Source of the DNA: Clostridia bacterium
GTDB taxonomy: Bacteria; Bacillota; Clostridia; Christensenellales; UBA1242
Assembly (NCBI GenBank): GCA_900767715.1
Contig: CAAGAD010000009.1
Span: 5,919-69,918, forward strand
DNA length: 64,000 nucleotides
Direction: 5' to 3'
The notes beneath the pieces are model-generated. The model was not told the origin of the DNA. It worked only from the letters and a program-made list of their open reading frames with translations, and made no database searches. The position numbers and the translations under genes were made by a program. Position 1 is the first letter of the stretch. Every line of letters begins with the position of its first letter. Positions 28,530 to 37,581 of this stretch are shown one piece after another.

Positions 28530-29660
28530 ATGTGTTTAAAACAAGATATTGAGTATTTGGAAAGAGTTCGCGATGAGTTAAAAGATGAAATAATTGAATT
28601 GGATGATGAAGTATTGTTTCAAAGTTTTGGTGTATATACGCCACTATATGATTTTGCAAACCTAGATGACTATAAATCAAGATTGCAAAACATTAGGAAA
28701 AAACAAAAAGAGTTGATTGCCAATAAGAAAGCTGTTATTGTGGGAACACAATGGAAGGTTAATGGCAGTGAACAAGCTGGAAAGACGTTTATTGCTGAAT
28801 GTACAAAACAGATGCTAAGGAATTTTAACATAGAAAGTGAAATTTGCATTGATAAAGTAAAATTCTATAACTATGATAGTATTAAGGAAAGACTTAAAAA
28901 GGCTTTCGAGACACAAAATAAGTTAAATACAACAAATAATTTAAAGATTTCTGACCAATATTATAATTTGAAAATCGATGAATTAAATTTGTCATTTGAA
29001 TATCAACAGAAGAAAAAAGAAGAGAAAGATCGTCTAAGGGAAAAAAGAGAAGAACTGCGCGAGCAGGAGCGAGTTGCTAGAGAAATTGAGGAAAGGCGAA
29101 AAGAATATCAAAAAGAAAAAAACCATTATTTAAATATGATGTCAAGATTGGATCAGCAAATTGACGAAGAAAGTAGTGATGTGAAAAAGCAATATATGCT
29201 AGAAAAAAAAGAAGAAATATCGAAAACCCTAGATGATGTTAATAGGGCGATGGTGGATCTTGACTACCGTGAGGCAAATCAAAAGGCGGGCTATGTATAT
29301 ATAATATCAAATATTGGTGCTTTTGGAGAGAATGTATATAAAATTGGAATGACGAGGAGACTGGAACCGCAAGATAGAATTGACGAGTTGAGCGGCGCGA
29401 GTGTTCCATTTAAGTTTGATATACACGCAATGATATTTTCGGATGATGCGCCTAAATTAGAAGCGGCGTTGCATAATGCTTTTTCTGATAGAAAATTAAA
29501 TTTAGTAAATGGTAGAAAAGAATTCTTTAGAGTGACACTTGATGAAATAAAAGATGTAGTGATAAAGAATTTTGACAAATCAGTCGAATTTAAAGATTCT
29601 GCTGAGGCGGAGCAATTTAGGACAAGCGAAAAGTTGAGAACGTACATCGAACAAGAATAA
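28530..29660 (+). CDS. DUF4041 / T5orf172 (MUG113, GIY-YIG-like) domain protein
   Basis: N-terminal LFQSFGVYTPLYDF...WKVNGSEQAGK (DUF4041 pattern). C-terminal GYVYIISNIGAFGENVYKIGMTRRLEPQDRIDELSGASVPFKFDIHAMIFSDDAPKLEAALHNAF...GRKEFF (T5orf172 pattern). Confidence 0.8.
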   Translation: MCLKQDIEYLERVRDELKDEIIELDDEVLFQSFGVYTPLYDFANLDDYKSRLQNIRKKQKELIANKKAVIVGTQWKVNGSEQAGKTFIAECTKQMLRNFNIESEICIDKVKFYNYDSIKERLKKAFETQNKLNTTNNLKISDQYYNLKIDELNLSFEYQQKKKEEKDRLREKREELREQERVAREIEERRKEYQKEKNHYLNMMSRLDQQIDEESSDVKKQYMLEKKEEISKTLDDVNRAMVDLDYREANQKAGYVYIISNIGAFGENVYKIGMTRRLEPQDRIDELSGASVPFKFDIHAMIFSDDAPKLEAALHNAFSDRKLNLVNGRKEFFRVTLDEIKDVVIKNFDKSVEFKDSAEAEQFRTSEKLRTYIEQE

Positions 29661-29692
29661 GCAGATTCATGTCGAAATATTCGTCAATACGT

Positions 29693-29718
29693 AAAAAAGA
29701 ATCATCGATTCTTTTTTA
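29693..29718. terminator. Bidirectional terminator between the DUF4041 gene and the DUF11-repeat gene
   Basis: aaaaAAGAATC-atc-GATTCTTtttt between convergent genes. Confidence 0.65.
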
Positions 29719-30480
29719 TTTTACTTTGGCGGAGTAGGTGATAGTTATAGTACCATTTGGTTGAAGGTCGGCGAGGGCGAAGCCGGTGGCGAGGTCTAGG
29801 TCGCTTCGTTCGACGTTGTCGATTTTTACACTGCCTATAACAAATTCTAAGCTGGCTGGCAAGTCGTCGGTGAAGAAAAGGTCAGTGTTTGTAAATTCGC
29901 CATCGTTTGTAATAGTAATCGTGTACAAAATCACATCACCTGAAACGACCGCGCGCAAGTCGGATTGTTTTGAGATATAAATTTCATTATTCAAAATCTT
30001 AATTTCCTTTTCATTCGAGTTTAATGATATTGCATTATTGCCCATCGCGAAAGAAATTTGGCTTTTTGATGTGAATTTATAATCTTGTGGGTAGGTGGCG
30101 GACAAAACATCAAAACTTATGGTTAATTGTGTGCCCGAACCGCCCAATGTCACTGGCGCGGTGAAGCCAGACGTTGGGTCGAACGTATCATACGCTGTGT
30201 TGCCTATTTTTAAACTTCCGGCAACAAAGGTGGCGTCTTGTGACAATGTGTCCTGGAAGGTGAAGTCGCTTATTGACTCATCGGCATTGTTGGTTATGGT
30301 CGTTGTTAACGTGATTTTTTCATTAGGCATTAACCATTCTTTTGATGATGATTTGACGAATAAGATATCTTCATCGACCTTGTTCGTGCGATGAGTGTTG
30401 CTATCAAAACTAGCGTCGATAGATTCGCCAGTGGTCGTTGTAAATTTTGATGTTAGGTGCGCTTTGTTTAGAATTGGCAT
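29716..30480 (-). CDS. Protein with two DUF11-type (conserved repeat) beta-sandwich domains and no signal peptide
   Basis: KITLTTTITNNADESISDFTFQDTLSQDATFVAGSLKIGN and VILYTITITNDGEFTNTDLFFTDDLPASLEFVIGSVKIDN match the DUF11 repeat pattern. GGAG RBS. Confidence 0.6.
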   Translation of the reverse strand: MPILNKAHLTSKFTTTTGESIDASFDSNTHRTNKVDEDILFVKSSSKEWLMPNEKITLTTTITNNADESISDFTFQDTLSQDATFVAGSLKIGNTAYDTFDPTSGFTAPVTLGGSGTQLTISFDVLSATYPQDYKFTSKSQISFAMGNNAISLNSNEKEIKILNNEIYISKQSDLRAVVSGDVILYTITITNDGEFTNTDLFFTDDLPASLEFVIGSVKIDNVERSDLDLATGFALADLQPNGTITITYSAKVK

Positions 30481-30815
30481 AATAAACTCCTGATATCATT
30501 TTATTAACAAGTCAAATATTTGTGCCGAATTTATGGACTCAACTTATATAGTTAGCGATAAAATAATTAATCAAAAAAATTAATGATAGATTTAGTAAAC
30601 AAATATAAATGCGCAAAAAATAATTATTTTAAATAAATTACCAAAAGGATAAAATTTCTTTAATTAAAAAATAATTTGCCAAATAAAAAATAAATTAAAT
30701 ATTAATTACGAAAAATATATTAAAAAGACAAATAAATATAGTTTTTTTTAATAAAATAGTATTTAATTGACAAATAATTGCTAATATGTAAAATCAATAA
30801 AAACGGAGTAAAAAA

Positions 30816-31151
30816 ATGAAAATAATTAAGAAAGAAGGACGCAGTGTAAAAGTAGAGTCGGCGCACAATGGCGCAAGCACTCGCAAACTTTTTGTAGATA
30901 ATGATGAAGTGAAAAATGTGCAAGGTATAACTGTCACTTGGTTAAAACCCGGCGACAAAAACGACTGGCACAATCACGCTGATTGCAATGAATGTATGTT
31001 TGTTGTTAAAGGTAAAGGCGTGGTTGCCGACGAGGACGGAGAGTATGAATTTAAGGCGGGCGACTTTTTCATTTTTCCAATGGGCGTTTATCATTCACAA
31101 CACAACACAGGCCGGAGTGTGATGGAAGCGGTTTTCATTCGCACCAAATAG
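30816..31151 (+). CDS. Cupin-domain protein
   Basis: 111 aa, WHNHADCNECMFVVKGKG...GDFFIFPMGVYHSQHN, the two-motif cupin signature. GGAG RBS. Confidence 0.75.
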   Translation: MKIIKKEGRSVKVESAHNGASTRKLFVDNDEVKNVQGITVTWLKPGDKNDWHNHADCNECMFVVKGKGVVADEDGEYEFKAGDFFIFPMGVYHSQHNTGRSVMEAVFIRTK

Positions 31152-31220
31152 GTTTTCGTTTTACAAATCAATGTGATACAATTAGTAAATAGACACAAAA
31201 AAAATAAAGGTGGTTAGCCT

Positions 31221-31715
31221 TTATTTTTTCTTCACAACATTGCCACAATATGAACAAACGTAATTTATTCCGTCAAACTCCATAGGTCCGCCACAATTTG
31301 GGCATTTTGTCTTTTCACGCACGTCGCCAGTTTGCTTTTGGTTGGTGTTTATTTCAAGAATATCGTTTTTGAATAAATAACCTTTGAGATAACCTTTCAA
31401 AATAAGTTGGTTGATGCTGTTGCGCACTTCCTCTGGCTTGCGCATTGTTTGGCTCGCCAAATCTGTAACGGTGTAGATGTTCTCGTTTTCAATCAAATTC
31501 AAAATCACGCCATTAGATTTAATCGTGCCGACACCTATCCACGCGATAGGTGCGCCATAAAAGCCTAACACAGTGGCGATAATGCCTGCAATGAGCAGAA
31601 TTGTAATGTGTTTACTTGCCCCGAATATAATGCCTAAAATGCCCGCAGGCAAGAAAATGGTCAGCAAAATAGCCACCATTAATTTTATACTAGAATCACG
31701 TTTAAATGTTTTCAT
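31221..31715 (-). CDS. Membrane protein with a C-terminal zinc ribbon
   Basis: Two to three TM helices in the first 65 aa. C-terminal CPNCGGPMEFDGINYVCSYCG. Confidence 0.55.
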   Translation of the reverse strand: MKTFKRDSSIKLMVAILLTIFLPAGILGIIFGASKHITILLIAGIIATVLGFYGAPIAWIGVGTIKSNGVILNLIENENIYTVTDLASQTMRKPEEVRNSINQLILKGYLKGYLFKNDILEINTNQKQTGDVREKTKCPNCGGPMEFDGINYVCSYCGNVVKKK

Positions 31716-32094
31716 ATTTTCACCTTATAACTAAAATATAGATTAAAAACGTAAAATAGTCAATAAAATAACAATATTTTTTGCAAAACAGCGTGTTTTT
31801 TGCTCTTTTAAATCAAAAATGAATATTTAATTATTAAAATTTATGATAAGAAAATTAGGCGGAATTGGCCAAACTTTTGCACTATTATCTTACATCGTTA
31901 CGTTACAAGCAAATGTTAATTTTTCATATCAGTAGACATTTTGCAAAAACAATGTTTTTAGTTGTCTTTTATTCTTTATATTTCAGCATAATATTATTTT
32001 AAATAAATTGATTAAGGAAATTATGAAAAAATTTAATAAAGTGTGAAAATAATAGCAAATATTTAATAAAATATGCATTTTTACATATAAAAAA

Positions 32095-32427
32095 TCAATT
32101 ATTTATTATTTTTTCATATTTTTCAAATTGATTATTCAATAAACTTATTATTTCATTTTTGTTTTCGTTTATATTTTTAATCAAATCATTTTCACATTTA
32201 ATAGCATCTGTCAGTTCTTGTTTTAATAGTAGATATTTTTTTGAGTTGGTTATATTAGCACCCAACTTTTCTTCATACTTATTTCGCACGCAAGCAAACT
32301 TTTGGCTAGCACTTAGAATGTTGTCGTATGTTGTTTGGTCTGTTGTTGGCAACTGCGCCATCAACTTATAAAATAGTCTATGTAGATTGATGTAATCTGC
32401 GACAATTTGATTCTCGTTTTTCTTCAT
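32095..32427 (-). CDS. Hypothetical helical protein
   Basis: AT-rich ORF. The ATG at 32427 (MKKNENQ...) has a GGTGA RBS and is preferred over the upstream GTG at 32496. No motif recognised. Confidence 0.4.
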   Translation of the reverse strand: MKKNENQIVADYINLHRLFYKLMAQLPTTDQTTYDNILSASQKFACVRNKYEEKLGANITNSKKYLLLKQELTDAIKCENDLIKNINENKNEIISLLNNQFEKYEKIINN

Positions 32428-32598
32428 ATTTTCACCGCTGAATTTACTTATGATATTTTCGCACGCAATATGCGAAAAACGAATTTTTGCTGTCACGCAT
32501 TCGACAAAATATGATATTTTCAGCCTTTAATTGTTTTCACTTGACATATCTTGACTTATGATGTTATTATGTTTGAGTAATGCGTATTAGGTAGATAT

Positions 32599-33348
32599 AT
32601 GAAGAAAAGTTTGTACGAAAAATTCACTAAAAGGTTTCTGGATATAGTTTTATCTTTCTTGGCGATAATTATATTGTTGCCTTTGTTTTTGATTGTATCT
32701 TTGCTATCGTTTATATTTATGGGCAGAGGTATTATATTGAAACAATATCGGCCTGGGAAGAACGGCAAAATATTTACTCTGTACAAATTTAGGACAATGA
32801 AAAATTTGTATGATGAGAATGGCGATTTATTGCCAGACGAAAAGCGTTATACAAAGTATGGTAGAATCCTACGCAAAACCAGTCTGGACGAACTGCCACA
32901 ACTTTTCAATATTTTGAAAGGTGATATGAGTATCGTTGGACCGCGTCCTAGACTTATTAAAGATATGATATTCTATGACGACTATGTCCTGCAAAAAGCG
33001 TATTCTGTGCGTCCAGGTTTGACTGGCCCTGCGCAAGTTTATGATAGGTGTAGCGTTGCCAGTTGGGAAGAAGTGTTTAGGCGAGACATTGAGTATGCCG
33101 AGAAAATCACTTTTTGGAACGACTTGAAAATGGTCTTTGGCACGGTCAAAGCACTGTTTACAAAGGATAAACACCACACACAAAAACGCGATTACTATTA
33201 TTGCGACTATCTGTTGAAATCTAACCTTATTACAAAAGAACAATATGATTTAGGATTAAGTCGGGCAAAGACGATGAACAATAAATCGTACATTTCCTAT
33301 TCGCCTGATTTGCATAAAAATGTAGAATTGAATGAAACAACTGACTGA
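32599..33348 (+). CDS. Small monotopic phosphoglycosyl transferase (bacterial sugar transferase family)
   Basis: N-terminal re-entrant helix, then [33 protein letters not shown], the family signature. Confidence 0.9.
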   Translation: MKKSLYEKFTKRFLDIVLSFLAIIILLPLFLIVSLLSFIFMGRGIILKQYRPGKNGKIFTLYKFRTMKNLYDENGDLLPDEKRYTKYGRILRKTSLDELPQLFNILKGDMSIVGPRPRLIKDMIFYDDYVLQKAYSVRPGLTGPAQVYDRCSVASWEEVFRRDIEYAEKITFWNDLKMVFGTVKALFTKDKHHTQKRDYYYCDYLLKSNLITKEQYDLGLSRAKTMNNKSYISYSPDLHKNVELNETTD

Positions 33349-34687
33349 AAAATTGAATCAAAATAAATATACATTATCGATTGCATTTTCGGTAATGTTT
33401 TTATTAGGTTTCTTATCAATGCTTTTTCCGTCGGCGAGCAATGTCTTACTGGGTGTGTCGGTGGGCTTTTTCACACTGCTGTGCGTCTTTTTAAATGTCA
33501 CCAACGCGCTATCGTTAATGATAACAATGCTTCCGTATTTGTCGTTCACTTTCAAGTTTGCCAACATGATATACTTTTATTGGCTTAACTCTATGTTTGC
33601 ATTGGTCTTTCTAGTAAAATATATCATAGAATGTGTAAAAGGCAGAAAAAAAGTTTATGTGCTTCCGCTTGTATTGAGCATCATTTTGGTCGCCTATGGT
33701 TTCTACAACTTTGATGTGCACAACGTATTTCGATTTTATCTAAATATGCTTATGCTTGCTAGTTTTTATCTAATATTTTGTTACTACAAAGACATTAATG
33801 TAAAGAAGGTTTGCCTTTATTTCGTATTGGCATTGTTGGCATCAATTTTCTTTACCTTTATTGTATATAGCATTCCATCCATTAGGTATATAGTGGAAAT
33901 GAATTACGGCAGACTGGCATTCTTCGCTCTTAATCCAAACTATATGCAGGCGCAAGCGATTATTGCGTTGGCAATCATAGTCGTGTCGGTGTTTAAATAT
34001 AATCTGGCGTGGTATTATTCGATTCCGTCTTCTGCCATAATTTGCGTTGCGGGATTTTTGACCAACTCGAAAGCATTCTTAGTATTGTTGGCTATACTGG
34101 CGTTATTGTACGCTTGCAACTTGATTTCGTCAAAAAAAAGAAACAATATTGTGCCAATCATAGTGTTTGTCTGCGTCTTTACCATGGTAGTTTTGGCGTG
34201 CAGTGGGTATATCATTGACACTATCGAAAGGTTCGGCGAAGGTGGCTTTGATAAGGTGCTCGACAACATCTTTACCGGTAGATATTCAATCTGGAAAATG
34301 TATCTTGCCGAATGGGCGAGTTCGCCATTGTCAATTTTCTTTGGCAAGGGTGTATGCTATACACCGTTTGGCATTGAAACTCACAGCAGTTATATTACCT
34401 TGCTATATGAGTATGGCTTAATTGGTTTGTTGCTGATTGCTGGGCTCATTTACGCGTATATAAGTTGTAGTGACAAGAATAAAAATTTGTCAAAGACAAG
34501 TTTTATTCCTCTTGTGTGCTTATTGTTAAATATTGTTGAAGAGAATTTTATTGGCAATAGATGTGCTTGGCTGTTACCACTCTGCATTATGGTGGCATTT
34601 GTGCCGATAGAAAAGACTAATGAACAAACTGCTATAACTAATGAAAGGAAAATAGAAGATGGAAATAAAGATTTTGGAGTGGATTAA
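33332..34687 (+). CDS. O-antigen ligase/polymerase-like (Wzy_C-type) polytopic membrane protein
   Basis: 451 aa with about 10-12 TM helices. Late periplasmic-type loop GRYSIWKMYL...GKGVCYTP...THSSYITLLYEYG is typical of the O-antigen ligase-like family. It overlaps the PGT gene. Confidence 0.65.
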   Translation: MKQLTEKLNQNKYTLSIAFSVMFLLGFLSMLFPSASNVLLGVSVGFFTLLCVFLNVTNALSLMITMLPYLSFTFKFANMIYFYWLNSMFALVFLVKYIIECVKGRKKVYVLPLVLSIILVAYGFYNFDVHNVFRFYLNMLMLASFYLIFCYYKDINVKKVCLYFVLALLASIFFTFIVYSIPSIRYIVEMNYGRLAFFALNPNYMQAQAIIALAIIVVSVFKYNLAWYYSIPSSAIICVAGFLTNSKAFLVLLAILALLYACNLISSKKRNNIVPIIVFVCVFTMVVLACSGYIIDTIERFGEGGFDKVLDNIFTGRYSIWKMYLAEWASSPLSIFFGKGVCYTPFGIETHSSYITLLYEYGLIGLLLIAGLIYAYISCSDKNKNLSKTSFIPLVCLLLNIVEENFIGNRCAWLLPLCIMVAFVPIEKTNEQTAITNERKIEDGNKDFGVD

Positions 34688-35231
34688 TGCGAATCTACAC
34701 GGCTCGCACTTTGTTAATTTTGTGATGAAGTGCATTTCCTACCTTGCCGAATGGGGCTGGTGCTGGCTGGTGTTGGGCGTGGTGCTGTTGTGTTTTAAGC
34801 GCACAAGAAAATGTGGATTTATTCTCATCTGCGGATATGGTGCGGTGGTGGTTATCAACCATTTCATCTTGAAGAACGTCATCAATCGAGCGCGTCCGTT
34901 CACACAGAGCAGTGCGCTTGCCGAGTTTATTCAAAGCATTGGTATGAGTCTGCCAACGAGTTCGAGTTTTCCAAGCGGGCACACCGTCGTTTCCTTCTGT
35001 TCGGCGGTAATTCTAACCTATTATTTCAAGGGCAAAGGCGCGTGGGCGTTCTTGCCAGCGATGCTAATTGCCATTAGCCGAGTTTTCCTTTGCTTGCATT
35101 ACCCGACTGATGTTTTAGGGGGAATGATGATTGGAATAATCATCGGCATAATAACTCTGCTGTGTGGCAAATTGTTGTTCTATATTATAGATAAAATTAA
35201 ATCAAAGCAAACAAAAAAAGAGATTGATTAA
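34659..35231 (+). CDS. PAP2-family phosphatase (undecaprenyl-diphosphate phosphatase-like)
   Basis: KNVINRARP, SFPSGHT and SRVFLCLHYPTDVLGG, the three PAP2 motifs. Confidence 0.85.
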   Translation: MEIKILEWINANLHGSHFVNFVMKCISYLAEWGWCWLVLGVVLLCFKRTRKCGFILICGYGAVVVINHFILKNVINRARPFTQSSALAEFIQSIGMSLPTSSSFPSGHTVVSFCSAVILTYYFKGKGAWAFLPAMLIAISRVFLCLHYPTDVLGGMMIGIIIGIITLLCGKLLFYIIDKIKSKQTKKEID

Positions 35232-35243
35232 TCTCTTTTTTTT
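35213..35243. terminator. Bidirectional terminator between the PAP2 gene and comFC
   Basis: aaaaaAGAGATT-gatt-AATCTCTtttttttt, overlapping the PAP2 stop codon. Confidence 0.65.
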
Positions 35244-35985
35244 ATAAGTCTTTGTCTATAGTGGCGTGGGCGAGAGTAAGACCGTAAACCGCGTTGGCAC
35301 CGCAGTCTAACATAAGTTCGGTCAGGGCCTCAATCGTCGCGCCAGTGGTATAGACGTCATCAATGATTAAAATATTCTTGCCTTTGACCACAGATTTGTC
35401 GGCAATCTCGAATGCATCTTTCACGTTCTCCGCGCGTTCTTTGTGACCCAGATTGGTTTGGCTAGGCGTGTCTTTGATTCGCGTTACGTTGTCCAAAATT
35501 CTCAAGCCCAATTTATCACAAAAAGGTTTCGCCATCACATATGACTGATTGTAGCCACGACTTTTCAGACGTGCCGTGTGCAAGGGCACGGGCAAGACGT
35601 AGTCGATATTCCAGTCTAGGCGAGCGAATCGCCTAACCAAAAATTCGCTGAAATATTCGCCCAAGAATTCTTGATGTTTGTATTTAAATTTGTAAATGCA
35701 GGCGCGAATATTACCTTCATAACGAAAGACGGAGCGGACGGCGGTGTAGCGATAGTTGTGGCGTTTGCAGTTGAAACAGGTCTGCGAATAGTCGTCCTCG
35801 GCGAGTGGCATATCACAGCGAATGCAAGCCTTGTCACTGATGAAAGGCAGTCTCTCATAGCAGTGCGGACAGATGGCATTGCGTTCGTCCGTGTTGAGTT
35901 CGTCACCACAAATAATGCACTTTACACGCTTTGGGTAAATTGCATCAAGCAGTTTATTGATTAATCTTTTAAACACATTCGTCAT
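35242..35985 (-). CDS. comFC: ComF family protein (ComFC-like phosphoribosyltransferase-fold)
   Basis: N-terminal zinc-finger cysteines (CIICGDEL...CPHCYERL...CIRCDMP...CFNC) and the C-terminal PRT motif ILIIDDVYTTGATI. Confidence 0.85.
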   Translation of the reverse strand: MTNVFKRLINKLLDAIYPKRVKCIICGDELNTDERNAICPHCYERLPFISDKACIRCDMPLAEDDYSQTCFNCKRHNYRYTAVRSVFRYEGNIRACIYKFKYKHQEFLGEYFSEFLVRRFARLDWNIDYVLPVPLHTARLKSRGYNQSYVMAKPFCDKLGLRILDNVTRIKDTPSQTNLGHKERAENVKDAFEIADKSVVKGKNILIIDDVYTTGATIEALTELMLDCGANAVYGLTLAHATIDKDL

Positions 35986-36041
35986 TCGGCGTTATTATAT
36001 AGCAAAATTAGAGTTTTGGCAAATTAAAAAAAAGACTATTG

Positions 36042-36698
36042 CTAGTCTTTCTTTTGTTCGTTGGTGTTTGCCACATTGTTGGCAGTGTTGCTAGCGAGCA
36101 AAGTGCGAATATCTCGCAAGATGTCTTCTTGGCTTTCGATTTTCTTTGGCTCTGGTGCTGGTGCGGGAGCAGGTTGTTCGGCTTGCTGTTCCAATTTGTG
36201 CTTCTTTTTGAACTTGCTGGCAAAAGATTTGAATCCGCGCTCGCTATTGACGATGATTTTTAGCATTACAAAAATGGTGAATGCGATGATTAAAAAGTCG
36301 ATGAGCGCTTGGATAAACACGCCATATCGTAAGGCGGTTTCTGCTGTGAGTTGCACGCCCGCTGAGTCGTAAGTGGCTGGCTTGATGACCCATTTCCAAT
36401 CGGCGACAGACACACCGCCCGTGAGTAGCGAGATGAGTGGCATAATGATGTCGTTGACAAGGCTGGAAGTGATTTTATTGAACGCAGCACCGATAACCAC
36501 TGCGACCGACAAATCTATGATGTTGCCCTTGGAAATAAACTTTTTAAAGTCGGCGAAGAAACTGTTAAACTTGCCTTGAAATTCTTGCATTGCCTTGTTT
36601 TCTTTCTTCTGTTTTTTCTTTTCTGCTTTCTCTTGCTTACGCAAAATTTTTTGTTGTTGCTTGATTTCTTTTTTAGTTAGTGTCGTCTGTTCTTCCAT
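36042..36698 (-). CDS. mscL: Large-conductance mechanosensitive channel MscL with Lys-rich N- and polar C-terminal extensions
   Basis: Core [42 protein letters not shown]. 218 aa if the start at 36698 (AAAGG RBS) is used. An internal Met (MQEFQGK) would give ~182 aa. Confidence 0.85.
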   Translation of the reverse strand: MEEQTTLTKKEIKQQQKILRKQEKAEKKKQKKENKAMQEFQGKFNSFFADFKKFISKGNIIDLSVAVVIGAAFNKITSSLVNDIIMPLISLLTGGVSVADWKWVIKPATYDSAGVQLTAETALRYGVFIQALIDFLIIAFTIFVMLKIIVNSERGFKSFASKFKKKHKLEQQAEQPAPAPAPEPKKIESQEDILRDIRTLLASNTANNVANTNEQKKD

Positions 36699-36801
36699 AA
36701 ATTTTACCTTTGTATGTATTTTAGCAAATTTGAAAATAATGTCAATGCAATTTTATATAACTTTAATTTACAAATACGACAAAATATTGTATAATGCGAG
36801 T

Positions 36802-37581
36802 ATGAGAGTGGTAAGTTTGGCAAGCAGTAGTAAAGGCAACTGCACATACATCGAAACACCTAGTAGCAAGATACTTATCGACATCGGCATTCGTCTGCCC
36901 GCCTTGGAGTTGGCGCTGGGCAAATTGGGCGTTGACCCAAGCGAAATTGACGCGGTCGTTGTTTCGCACGAGCACGATGACCACATCAAAGGCGTTCCAA
37001 GTTTCGTGAAGAAATATAAACTGCCTATCTACGCCTATGCCAAGACTGTTGAGTTCTTGAACGCCAAACTCAAACTTGACGAGCAATTCATTCGCACCTT
37101 TACGCAAGACTTTGAGATTGGAGATATGCACATTTTGCCGGTGGAAGTGCCACACGACAGTCATAGTTGTTATGGCTTCGTTGTGAATTGTGACAAATCC
37201 ACCATGGCAATCGTGACCGATTGCGGTGCAATGAATGAAAGAATTATTCAAGCGCTGTCAGGCGTTCCGCTTGTCTACCTTGAAAGCAACTATGATGAAG
37301 AATTGCTTATGCAGTGCAAATATCCTTATTCAATCAAAATGCGTATCAAGTCGAACCACGGGCATTTATCGAATATCGACTGCGCCAAGACGATTGAAAG
37401 GCTGGTAATGACGGGCACGCGCCAAATAGTGCTCTCGCATATCAGTGAGAACTCGAATAGCCCGCTGATTGCCTATTCCACAAGCAAAAGTTACCTTATG
37501 TCGCGTGGCATTGTTGAAGGCGTGCACGTGAAAATTGACGTGGCAAAAACTGTTGGGCCTAGCACGGTGTTTAAATTATAA
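36802..37581 (+). CDS. MBL-fold metallo-hydrolase (YycJ/WalJ-like)
   Basis: MRVVSLASSSKGNCTYIE...VVVSHEHDDHIKG (HxHxDH). The ATG at 36802 is preferred. The upstream part of ORF 36595 overlaps mscL antisense. Confidence 0.85.
   Translation: MRVVSLASSSKGNCTYIETPSSKILIDIGIRLPALELALGKLGVDPSEIDAVVVSHEHDDHIKGVPSFVKKYKLPIYAYAKTVEFLNAKLKLDEQFIRTFTQDFEIGDMHILPVEVPHDSHSCYGFVVNCDKSTMAIVTDCGAMNERIIQALSGVPLVYLESNYDEELLMQCKYPYSIKMRIKSNHGHLSNIDCAKTIERLVMTGTRQIVLSHISENSNSPLIAYSTSKSYLMSRGIVEGVHVKIDVAKTVGPSTVFKL

Noticed and set aside
30481-30815. Extremely AT-rich 335-nt intergenic region (a similar one lies at 31716-32094), considered as a possible origin, CRISPR leader or ncRNA.
   Set aside because: I saw only homopolymeric A/T runs and no regular repeats, DnaA-box clusters or stable stems. 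It is most simply divergent or convergent promoter DNA in an accessory region.
36595-36801. N-terminal extension of the MBL hydrolase ORF (start at 36595).
   Set aside because: The extension overlaps mscL on the opposite strand and translates to Phe/Cys-rich nonsense. The conserved protein begins at MRVVSLASS (36802).
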